Source: a bacterium (GTDB lineage: Bacteria; Patescibacteriota; Minisyncoccia; UBA6257; GWB1-50-10). From it: a stretch of DNA of 64,000 nucleotides. The notes under the pieces are model-generated. The model was not told the DNA's origin. It saw only the letters and a list, made by a program, of their open reading frames with translations, and searched no databases. The stretch lies in the NCBI GenBank assembly GCA_021814165.1, contig JAKAIX010000002.1, forward strand, positions 69,371 through 133,370, read 5' to 3'. Both the position numbers and the translations under genes were made by a program. Below are positions 1 through 7,936 of the stretch, one piece after another (the first letter of the stretch is position 1; each line of letters starts with the position of its first letter).

Positions 1-1
1 C

Positions 2-706
2 GGAGTAACTCCGGAAACACTTTCCGCGACCAGGGCGGCGCTTCGCGTGAAAGGCGGGAGGGTCGGGGTCGTAACGACGGGAGGCCCGCTTCTTCGTCTT
101 GCCGAAACAAAAGGATTGTCTCGCGTGACATTTCGTGCGGGAGACTTGACACCGCGGGAATCCCATGCTTATATGTATTACGCTATCATCGAGATGGTGC
201 GGAAGATGCTTCCTCTGAAGACGCCGACTATCTCGAGATCATTCTCTCCTTCCAAACTGCGCACGCAAGGGAAACGTTACGCGAAAAGGATTCGCGGCGT
301 ACCGACGCTCATTTACGCTCCATCCGCCGACGCGCATTTGGGATACATCTGGAAGAGGAACCTGAACGAGACGGGAAAAATCCCTGCTTTTACGCATCAA
401 TATCCAGAACTCTATCACGAAGAAATAGCGGGTTTTGAGAAAAAAAAGACGCACTGGAACGCACTTTGGATTATGAGTCCGCGGCTCCGGCGGGAAGAAA
501 AGAAAAAAATAGAGCGCGCGCAATCGATTCTCGCAACATACGGAGTAACAAGCTTCTCAATTCCACTCCACGGAAACAATAAACTTGAAGAGCTTTGGAA
601 TTCGGAAGTACTTTCTCATTGGGTTTCTTATTACTTGGCAAAAGCGGGGGGGCTTGATCCGAAAGCAATCCCCATTATTACCAAGCTGAAAAGTTTGAAA
701 AAGTAA
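2..706 (+). CDS. 3' part of a gene that runs off the window start; the C-terminus weakly resembles the C-terminal domain of bacterial bifunctional phosphoglucose/phosphomannose isomerase (SIS family)
   Basis: The frame is open from base 2 with no upstream stop. The C-terminal stretch SHWVSYYLAKAGGLDPKAIPIITKLK resembles the bact-PGI_C pattern. Recognition is weak. Confidence 0.3.
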   Translation, partial: GVTPETLSATRAALRVKGGRVGVVTTGGPLLRLAETKGLSRVTFRAGDLTPRESHAYMYYAIIEMVRKMLPLKTPTISRSFSPSKLRTQGKRYAKRIRGVPTLIYAPSADAHLGYIWKRNLNETGKIPAFTHQYPELYHEEIAGFEKKKTHWNALWIMSPRLRREEKKKIERAQSILATYGVTSFSIPLHGNNKLEELWNSEVLSHWVSYYLAKAGGLDPKAIPIITKLKSLKK

Positions 707-712
707 CGCGTC

Positions 713-796
713 GCCGAGGTGGCGAAACTGGCAGACGCACTGGCTTCAGGAGTCAGCGACCGCAAGGTCTTGGGAGTTCAAATCTCCCCCTCGGCA
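713..796 (+). tRNA. tRNA-Leu (anticodon CAG), class II with a long variable arm
   Basis: Acceptor GCCGAGG/CCTCGGC, anticodon stem-loop CTGGC-TTCAGGA-GTCAG with CAG at positions 34-36, long variable arm, and T-arm GGAGTTCAAATCTCC. CCA is not encoded. Confidence 0.8.
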
Positions 797-1047
797 CAAA
801 CAGGAATTTTCAATTATCAATTTCCAATTTTTCCGCCGAAGGCGGGTCATCCTTCGAAGGACAATCAATTTCGTAATTGTAAAATTTTCAAATTGAAAAT
901 TCACTGTCTCCCTACGGGAGATGTTCCGAAGGGACAAAAATTGATCATTGGAAATTGAAAATTAATAAAGTAAATAGCTTTTTCCGCCTTATCCCGAATT
1001 CGGAGTAATGTCGAAATTCCAGAGCGGGTGAAAAGAGTTAATAAAAT

Positions 1048-2772
1048 ATGCCACGAATGGCACAACACAGGACAAGGAGGTCCTCGGATCACGAAACACT
1101 CCAAAAAGAAAAAGGTCACGTCAATCTCATTCCCTTGGGCGGGCTTGAGGAAATCGGACGTAATATGTCCTACGTCGAATACAAAGATGAGATCGTCATC
1201 GTCGACGCGGGCATCCAGTTTCCCGAAGAAACGACGCCGGGCGTTGATTTCATCATTCCGAACGTGAGTTCGCTTGAATCGAAGAAATCACATATCAAGG
1301 CGCTTGTGCTCACGCACGCACACTTCGATCATATTGGTGCGCTCCCCTATCTCACCGAAAGATTGGGGAATCCGCCGATTTACACGATGGAGCTCACAAA
1401 AGCCCTGATCGAAAAGCGGCAGAACGAGTTTACGAATGCGCCGAAGCTCGTTGTCGAAACCGTAAAATACGGCGACAAGAAGAGGGTCGGCCAATATCTC
1501 GAACTTGAGTTCTTCGGCGTGGACCACACGGTGCCCGAAACGAGCGGCATCGTTATAAAAACACCCATCGGGAACATCGTGCACTTCGCCGATTTCCGTC
1601 TCGAATACAACGAGAAGGGTGAGCCGCAGAACACGGCGGAGTTCAAGCGCATCGGAGAAATGGGGGTGCATACCTTCATGATCGACAGCACGAATGCCGA
1701 GGAGGAGGGGCACTCGCTCTCCGAAAAGAATATCGAGAAAAATCTCGAGAAACTTTTTGAACAGGCACAGGGACGCATCATTCTTACCACGTTTTCCTCA
1801 ATGCTCACCCGTATCGCGGAGATCATCAAAATTGCGGAACGGCTCGGGCGAAAGGTTTCTATCAACGGCCGCTCAATGAAGGAAGGGGTTCAAATCGCCC
1901 AGTCCCTCGGCTATATCAAATCGAAGAAAGATACCTTAATTCCGGTCGAGGACATACACAAACACAAAGACAATAAAGTGCTGATCCTTACGACCGGCTC
2001 GCAGGGACAGGAAAACGCGGGACTTATGAGAATTATGACGGGCGAGCATCGCTACATCCGCATCAAGCCCGGTGACATGGTTCTCTTTTCCTCTTCGGCA
2101 ATTCCCGGAAATGAACGGAGCATCCAGACATTAAAAGACAACCTAAGCAGACAGGGAGCGCTCGTTATTACTTCTTCGATCATCGATATCCACGTCAGCG
2201 GTCATGCGCCGAAAGGAGATTTGGAGGCGGTGATAAAACTCATCAAGCCGAAATTTCTTATGCCGGTGCACGGTTACTACTTTATGCGTTTCGCAAACGG
2301 CCAGAACGGCGTCGCGGCGGGACTCAGGCCCGATCAAGTGCGCCTTATGGATAACGGACAAATTGCGCACCTTACCGAACATGAGTTCGTAATTACCAAG
2401 GAAACGGTGCCCGCGAACTATGTGCTTGTTGACGGGCTGGGAGTCGGCGATGTAGGCGAGGTGGTACTTCGCGACCGACGCATGCTCTCGCAGGAAGGCA
2501 TGTTCGTGATTATCACGACTATCGATAAGAAGACGGGAAGAGTGCTCAAAAATCCCGACATCATCTCGCGCGGATTCATTTATCTCAAGGAAAATCAGAC
2601 GCTCCTGGATGAGATACGGAAACGGGTGCGCGGCATCATCGGCCGCATCCCCCGCTATCAACCGCTCGATGCGGATTACGTGAAATCGCTTATCCGCGAT
2701 CAGGTGGGGCAGTTTCTCTATAACAAGACGAAGAGACGTCCCATGGTACTTCCGGTACTCATCGAAATCTAA
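1048..2772 (+). CDS. rnj: Ribonuclease J (metallo-beta-lactamase / beta-CASP family)
   Basis: 574 aa. Contains the HAHFDHIGALP metal-binding motif, an RNase J-like N-terminus (LIPLGGLEEIGRNMSYVEY...IVDAG), and a beta-CASP plus C-terminal domain. Confidence 0.85.
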   Translation: MPRMAQHRTRRSSDHETLQKEKGHVNLIPLGGLEEIGRNMSYVEYKDEIVIVDAGIQFPEETTPGVDFIIPNVSSLESKKSHIKALVLTHAHFDHIGALPYLTERLGNPPIYTMELTKALIEKRQNEFTNAPKLVVETVKYGDKKRVGQYLELEFFGVDHTVPETSGIVIKTPIGNIVHFADFRLEYNEKGEPQNTAEFKRIGEMGVHTFMIDSTNAEEEGHSLSEKNIEKNLEKLFEQAQGRIILTTFSSMLTRIAEIIKIAERLGRKVSINGRSMKEGVQIAQSLGYIKSKKDTLIPVEDIHKHKDNKVLILTTGSQGQENAGLMRIMTGEHRYIRIKPGDMVLFSSSAIPGNERSIQTLKDNLSRQGALVITSSIIDIHVSGHAPKGDLEAVIKLIKPKFLMPVHGYYFMRFANGQNGVAAGLRPDQVRLMDNGQIAHLTEHEFVITKETVPANYVLVDGLGVGDVGEVVLRDRRMLSQEGMFVIITTIDKKTGRVLKNPDIISRGFIYLKENQTLLDEIRKRVRGIIGRIPRYQPLDADYVKSLIRDQVGQFLYNKTKRRPMVLPVLIEI

Positions 2773-2785
2773 TTTTGGGAAGATT

Positions 2786-2837
2786 GGAAGCCGGGCCTCC
2801 GTGACCTGCCTGCGCAGGCAGGGGAAGCCCGGCTTCC
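2786..2837. repeat. GC-rich nested palindromic repeat: outer IR GGAAGCCGGGCCTCC/GGAAGCCCGGCTTCC around a perfect 18-bp palindrome CCTGCCTGCGCAGGCAGG; followed by TTTTT at 2842-2846 (probable rnj terminator)
   Basis: The palindrome is read directly from the sequence. The same core recurs at 23092-23147, 58777-58800 and 34681-34701 (variant), and related arms occur at 9579-9612 and 21265-21283. Confidence 0.7.
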
Positions 2838-2955
2838 ATGTTTTTATCGTTGCTCGCTGGAGGCCGTACCTCCGTTAGGAGGTCCGGCCTCCTTATATTG
2901 ACGTCATTAATGATCCGTCTTGCACAACCTACGATCACAAATTACCATACTACAT

Positions 2956-3939
2956 ATGAAACCAATCCTCGTATCGGGAATCCAGCCGACGGGAAAATTG
3001 CATATCGGAAATTACCTCGGCGCGCTCAAGAACTTCGTGGCTCTCCAAAACACGGGGAAGTTCCAGTGTTTTTTCTTTGTCGCAGATCTCCACTCCATGA
3101 CCGAGGAATTCAATCCGAAAGAGAAGTCGAAACAGGTCGAGAATCTCATTCTCGACTTTCTCGCGGCGGGGATCGACACAAAAAAATCGACGCTCTTCGT
3201 ACAGTCGGCAATCCCCGCTCACAGCGAACTCGCATGGATTTTGAACACCATCACTTCCTTCGGAGAACTGCGCCGCATGACGCAGTTCAAAGAAAAGACG
3301 GGTGAGGAGTATGAAACGACAAACGTCGGTCTTTTCGACTATCCCGTCCTTATGGCAGCGGATATTCTGCTTTACAGCGCGAAGTTCGTTCCTGTAGGCG
3401 ATGATCAACTCCAACACCTCGAACTCACCCGTACGCTCGCTCGGAAGTTTAACTCGAAATTCGGGAACACATTCTTTGAGCCGAAACCGCTCCTGACAGA
3501 AGTTCCCCGTCTTATGAGCTTGGACGACCCGACAAAGAAGATGTCGAAATCACGCCCCGAGGGATGTCTTTTTCTCGACGATGAACCGGAGGTAATCAGA
3601 AAGAAAATTATGCGCGCCGTTACAGACTCGGATACGGAGGTGCGCGCCGATCGCGATCGAAAACCGGCGGTTACGAATCTTATCAGAATCTATTCCGCAA
3701 TGAGCGGCAAGGACGCACTTCAGATTCAGGAGCGCTTTAGGGGAAAGGGGTATGGGGAGTTCAAAAAAGAACTTGCGGAGACCGTCATACAAGGACTTGC
3801 GCCGTTCCAAAAAAGAAAGAAAGAACTCAAGAAAAAACGGGCAGTAATCATGGGGCAGGTCGCCGCGGGAAACAAGAAGGCAAATGTGATCGCTTGGAAA
3901 AAACTTGCGGAAGCAAAGAAAAAAACCGGCCTCGTTTGA
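2956..3939 (+). CDS. trpS: Tryptophanyl-tRNA synthetase
   Basis: The N-terminus reads MKPILVSGIQPTGKLHIGNYLGA (a class I HIGH-type motif) and KMSKS is present. I picked the start at 2956, the internal Met that matches the TrpRS N-terminus. Confidence 0.85.
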   Translation: MKPILVSGIQPTGKLHIGNYLGALKNFVALQNTGKFQCFFFVADLHSMTEEFNPKEKSKQVENLILDFLAAGIDTKKSTLFVQSAIPAHSELAWILNTITSFGELRRMTQFKEKTGEEYETTNVGLFDYPVLMAADILLYSAKFVPVGDDQLQHLELTRTLARKFNSKFGNTFFEPKPLLTEVPRLMSLDDPTKKMSKSRPEGCLFLDDEPEVIRKKIMRAVTDSDTEVRADRDRKPAVTNLIRIYSAMSGKDALQIQERFRGKGYGEFKKELAETVIQGLAPFQKRKKELKKKRAVIMGQVAAGNKKANVIAWKKLAEAKKKTGLV

Positions 3940-3993
3940 CAGGAAAACACAAAAAGAACTAGAGTAATAACGGGTCGGAAAAAAATAATATTT

Positions 3994-4158
3994 ATGAACA
4001 CCGAAAAATTCCAAGAGGAAGAAACACCACAGGAAGAGAGTGCAAAAACGGAGCAGCTCTATCCAACTGCGGACGGGATGTTTCTAACCGAGCAAGAAAA
4101 AAGGAGCCAGGACGAGGAGAAAAAAGCAAACCCGAATTGGTATCACGAACAAGAATAA
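3994..4158 (+). CDS. Small (54 aa) highly acidic hypothetical protein
   Basis: ATG at 3994 and TAA at 4156, so too short to appear in the ORF track. It is followed immediately by a strong hairpin terminator, but there is no other support. Confidence 0.25.
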   Translation: MNTEKFQEEETPQEESAKTEQLYPTADGMFLTEQEKRSQDEEKKANPNWYHEQE

Positions 4159-4192
4159 AGAAAACCGCGGCCTAGGCCGCGGTTTTCTTTCA
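4159..4192. terminator. Bidirectional rho-independent terminator (AAAACCGCGGCCTAGGCCGCGGTTTT)
   Basis: A perfect GC-rich palindrome flanked by an A-run and a T-run, lying between the convergent small ORF and the ileS 3' end. Confidence 0.7.
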
Positions 4193-4225
4193 ATCTTCAC
4201 CACCTCTCTCTTCCCTACTAACCTG

Positions 4226-7200
4226 CTATAATCTCCTTAATCCTATCCAGATTTTGAGCTCATCGAGCTCGGTATCAAGCTCCGCATCGAACTTCTCCGA
4301 TCGTTTCCACTCGAAGGACGCTGCTCCCGTTTCTTTCCTGATAAGCGCCTCGTTATTTTCAACGATGTGTTTGAATTCTTTGTTTCCTTCCGTCATAAGC
4401 GCGATTCTGTCCTTCGGCTCCAGTTTCGCGTCCTGGCGCAGGCCCTGAATCATCCTTACCAATTCTCTCAACATCCCCTCCTCCCGAAGTTCGTGCGTAA
4501 TTTCCGTATCAAGTATAAACTCCTCCTTCAGATTCTTATCAAACGTGATTTGCTTCACGTTAACCTCATCCTTCAATATATCAAGCAGTTCTTTCTCATC
4601 CTTTCCGCCAAAGGCGGATCCTCCTTTGGAGGAAATTCTCAATTCCCGTAATGGTTGCCTCACCTTAATTCCCAATTCCGCCCGCTTTGCGAGAACGGCA
4701 CTCGCAAGATCGCGAATTTGTTGCATTGCTCCAAGGAGTTTTTTGTCGATAAGCTTTTTGTCCGCCTTCGTCCATTCGGCCGCATGCACCGACGTGTTTT
4801 TCCCCTCAAGCGACAAATAAAGCGCCTCCGCAAAAAACGGCGTGAAGGGGGCCATGAGTTTCGTAATTTCTTCCAGCACGAACTTCAAGGTGGTTGATGC
4901 GGCGAGATAGTCTTTCTGTGTGTCCGGCTTTTGTAAACGCCTTCGCGAGCGGCGGATATACCATCGGGAGACGTCCCCGACGAACTCCTCGATATTTCTC
5001 GCCGCGATTCCCACTTCGTATATATCGAGGTTCTTCGTCGCGACATCGATAGTCTCATGAAGCCGCGCGAGAATCCACCTGTCGAGAATGTTCGAGGATT
5101 TTATATTTGAAGCTTTGGGTTTCGAATTTTTATCCCCGTATGTTTCATAAAATATGAACGAGTTGTAGATGAGCGAGAAAAACTGCCTCGATACTTTCCC
5201 GAGATCGGCTTCATCGAAGCGCTTCGGTTCGCTGGGAGGATTCACGACATAAAAGTACCAACGGACGGCGTCCGCGCCGTACTTCGCAATCATATCCCAC
5301 GGATTCACGGTGTTCCCTTTTGATTTGGACATCTTGGATCCCTCCTTGTCGAGAATGAGTCCTAGAACAATCACGTTCCGGTAGGGTGACTCGAGCCCTA
5401 AGAGTGTCGCAAGTGCAAGGAGTGTATAGAACCACCCTCTTGTCTGATCCATCGCCTCGCAAATATAGTCGGCGGGAAAGTCGATTGATTTCAGGTGCGT
5501 CCTTAGCTTCTGGTCGGAGAGTTTCAATACATGATCCGTGAGCTTCAAGCTGTTGCCGAAGGGGAAGTGCGCCTGGGCGTACGGCATCGCTCCCGAGTCG
5601 AGCCATACGTCAACCACCTCGGGAGTGCGACGCATCGCCGCCTTGCATTTGGGGCATCTGGTCGGGAGCTCGTCGATGTAGGGCTTATGAAGATCAAACG
5701 CGCCCGTCTCATCTCTCGGTACCAAGCGGAATGTTCCGCGTTCTACCTGCCCGTTTTTTACGTAATCTTCGCCGCGCCTATCCTTCTCCGCGACTGCCTC
5801 GACGCTTGTCCAGCCCTGCATGATGTGTTGCAGCATCCAAACGCATGATTCGTGCGTCACGACGAGAATCGTTTTTCCCGCATACTTCTTTTCGAGATCC
5901 CGTACAAAATCAAAGAGCCGCGCGCGAAGGTCCGCAAAGCTCTCGCCGTTCGGCGCTTGTTTTAAAAATTTCTCATGGCGGGAGCTGTAGTAGCCCTTGT
6001 ACGCCTCATACGGTTTTCCGTTAAAATCACCGAAGTCGAATTCGCGAATGCGCGGATCGAAAAGTACGGTTCCGAGAGAGAGTTGTTTCTTGAATATTTC
6101 CGCACTTTCTTTTGTGCGGGTGAGATCGGACGCAAACACGAGATCCACTTTGTCCTTTTTAATTTCCTTCGCCGCCGCCTCGATCTGTTTTCTCCCCTTA
6201 AGTGTGAGATGATACGGCTTCCTCTCGGGCCAACTGATAACCATGTGCTGAATGTTGCTCTCCGCTTCTCCGTGGCGCACGAAGATGTATTTATTGGCGC
6301 TTTTCGGCGCGAGGAGCTCAAGTTCCCTTACGCTTCCCGCGCAGTACCCCTTGCCGCATTTTTCGCACTGCCACACGGGGAGCGGCGTTCCCCAGTAACG
6401 ATCCCGCGACACCGCCCAATCCTTCACCTCGCGAAGCCATTCGCCGAACCTGCCGTCTCGAATCGTTTCCGGGACCCAGTTGATTTTTTTATTTGACGCG
6501 AGAAGTTTCGACCGGAGCTTGCTCATAGCGATAAACCATGAGTCGCGCGCGTAATACAGGAGCGGCGTACCGCACCTCCAGCAGAACGGATAGTCGTGGG
6601 TGTAAAGTTCGGTTTTAAAAAGGAGTTTTCTTTTCTTGAGATATTCAAGAATTTTATTCGTCGTTTCCGTTTCCGTCTTCTCGTCCTTCGATTTCACTGT
6701 CATTCCTTCGAATCCCTTCACGTCTCCCGTGAATCTCCCCCGCTCGTCCACCGTATGATGCTGGGGAAGCCCGATTTTTGTTCCGAGATTGTAATCGTCC
6801 TCGCCGTACATTACCGCGGTATGCACGACGCCCGTACCGTCAGTCGTCGTCACGAAGTCAGCGAGATATATCTTGTAGGAGGTCTCTGATTTAAGCGCCG
6901 GCACGTCGAAGAGCGGCTCATACTCAAGCCCGACCAGGTCGTTCCCGCTTAAAGTGGCAAGTGTCTCGTATTTCGTATCAAATATTTTATCCGCTAAATC
7001 CGCGGCAACAATAAAGTTTTCCCCGGTATTCTTAATACTCACTACTTGATACTTGATGCTCTTCCCTACCGCGAGCGCCACGTTTCCCGGTAACGTCCAC
7101 GGCGTCGTCGTCCAAGAGAGAATATAAGTATCACCGCGAGTTTTTAGTTTCGGGTTTTTAGTTTTTAGTTTAAATTTTATATATACGGAGGTGTCTTGCG

Positions 7201-7798
7201 TCTCCTTATACCCTTGTGCAATTTCATGCGACGAAAGCGCCGTACCGCATCGCGTGCACCACGGCACCACTTTGTGTCCCTTGTAGAGCAACTTCTTCTC
7301 CCATACCTGTTTCAAAATAAACCAGATCGACTCCATGTAGTCGTTCTCGTAAGTCACGTAAGGATGCTTCATGTCGAGCCAGAATCCGATTCGGTTCGTG
7401 AGTTTCTCCCACTCGTCCTGATACTGCCAGACCGATTTTCTGCACTCCTGGTTAAACTTCGAAACGCCATACGACTCGATTTCCTTCTTTGATTTGATGC
7501 CGAGCTTTTTCTCGACCTCGAGCTCCACCGGAAGCCCGTGCGTATCCCATCCCGCGCGGCGCGGCACGTAGAAACCTCTCATCGACTTGTAGCGGAGTAT
7601 GATGTCCTTGAAAGAGCGTGCAAGCACGTGATGGAGGCCCGGTCGGCCGTTCGCCGTCGGAGGACCTTCATAAAACACGAATTTTTTGCTCTTCTTGCGG
7701 GAGGTGAGCGTTTTTTCAAATATTGCGTTTGTGTGCCAGAACTCAAGTACTTTTTCCTCGATCTCCGGAAGCGAAAATTTCGAAAGCCTTCGTAGCAT
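4226..7798 (-). CDS. ileS: Isoleucyl-tRNA synthetase with an inserted histidine-phosphatase (PGAM-superfamily) domain
   Basis: 1190 aa. It has class I aaRS blocks, a CP1 editing motif (TDGTGVVHTAVMYGEDD), DVWLDSGAMPY and KMSKS. Residues about 503-700 carry YIFVRHGEAESN and ILVVTHESCVW motifs between two CxxC pairs. Confidence 0.9.
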   Translation of the reverse strand: MLRRLSKFSLPEIEEKVLEFWHTNAIFEKTLTSRKKSKKFVFYEGPPTANGRPGLHHVLARSFKDIILRYKSMRGFYVPRRAGWDTHGLPVELEVEKKLGIKSKKEIESYGVSKFNQECRKSVWQYQDEWEKLTNRIGFWLDMKHPYVTYENDYMESIWFILKQVWEKKLLYKGHKVVPWCTRCGTALSSHEIAQGYKETQDTSVYIKFKLKTKNPKLKTRGDTYILSWTTTPWTLPGNVALAVGKSIKYQVVSIKNTGENFIVAADLADKIFDTKYETLATLSGNDLVGLEYEPLFDVPALKSETSYKIYLADFVTTTDGTGVVHTAVMYGEDDYNLGTKIGLPQHHTVDERGRFTGDVKGFEGMTVKSKDEKTETETTNKILEYLKKRKLLFKTELYTHDYPFCWRCGTPLLYYARDSWFIAMSKLRSKLLASNKKINWVPETIRDGRFGEWLREVKDWAVSRDRYWGTPLPVWQCEKCGKGYCAGSVRELELLAPKSANKYIFVRHGEAESNIQHMVISWPERKPYHLTLKGRKQIEAAAKEIKKDKVDLVFASDLTRTKESAEIFKKQLSLGTVLFDPRIREFDFGDFNGKPYEAYKGYYSSRHEKFLKQAPNGESFADLRARLFDFVRDLEKKYAGKTILVVTHESCVWMLQHIMQGWTSVEAVAEKDRRGEDYVKNGQVERGTFRLVPRDETGAFDLHKPYIDELPTRCPKCKAAMRRTPEVVDVWLDSGAMPYAQAHFPFGNSLKLTDHVLKLSDQKLRTHLKSIDFPADYICEAMDQTRGWFYTLLALATLLGLESPYRNVIVLGLILDKEGSKMSKSKGNTVNPWDMIAKYGADAVRWYFYVVNPPSEPKRFDEADLGKVSRQFFSLIYNSFIFYETYGDKNSKPKASNIKSSNILDRWILARLHETIDVATKNLDIYEVGIAARNIEEFVGDVSRWYIRRSRRRLQKPDTQKDYLAASTTLKFVLEEITKLMAPFTPFFAEALYLSLEGKNTSVHAAEWTKADKKLIDKKLLGAMQQIRDLASAVLAKRAELGIKVRQPLRELRISSKGGSAFGGKDEKELLDILKDEVNVKQITFDKNLKEEFILDTEITHELREEGMLRELVRMIQGLRQDAKLEPKDRIALMTEGNKEFKHIVENNEALIRKETGAASFEWKRSEKFDAELDTELDELKIWIGLRRL

Positions 7799-7891
7799 GC
7801 TAACTATTGTAATAGGGACCTAGCTTTTTCGCAAAAATTCGGAATATTGGAGGCCGGGCTCCTATTGGGAACTAAACCTTCTGAAAACGTG

Positions 7892-7931
7892 CTGCCTCAA
7901 AATCTATGCATATGCACAAATTTTGAGGCAG
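7892..7931 (-). terminator. Hairpin CTGCCTCAAAAT...ATTTTGAGGCAG just downstream of the argS stop
   Basis: A perfect 12-bp inverted repeat with a 16-nt loop. A T-rich run follows it on the minus strand. Confidence 0.5.
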
Positions 7932-7936
7932 GTCGC

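Noticed and set aside
719-958. 79-aa ORF overlapping tRNA-Leu
   Set aside because: It lies inside a confidently folded tRNA and an AT-rich repeat spacer. Its composition is driven by the tRNA sequence.
2143-2661. 172-aa minus-strand ORF inside rnj
   Set aside because: Antisense shadow of RNase J, with no motifs.
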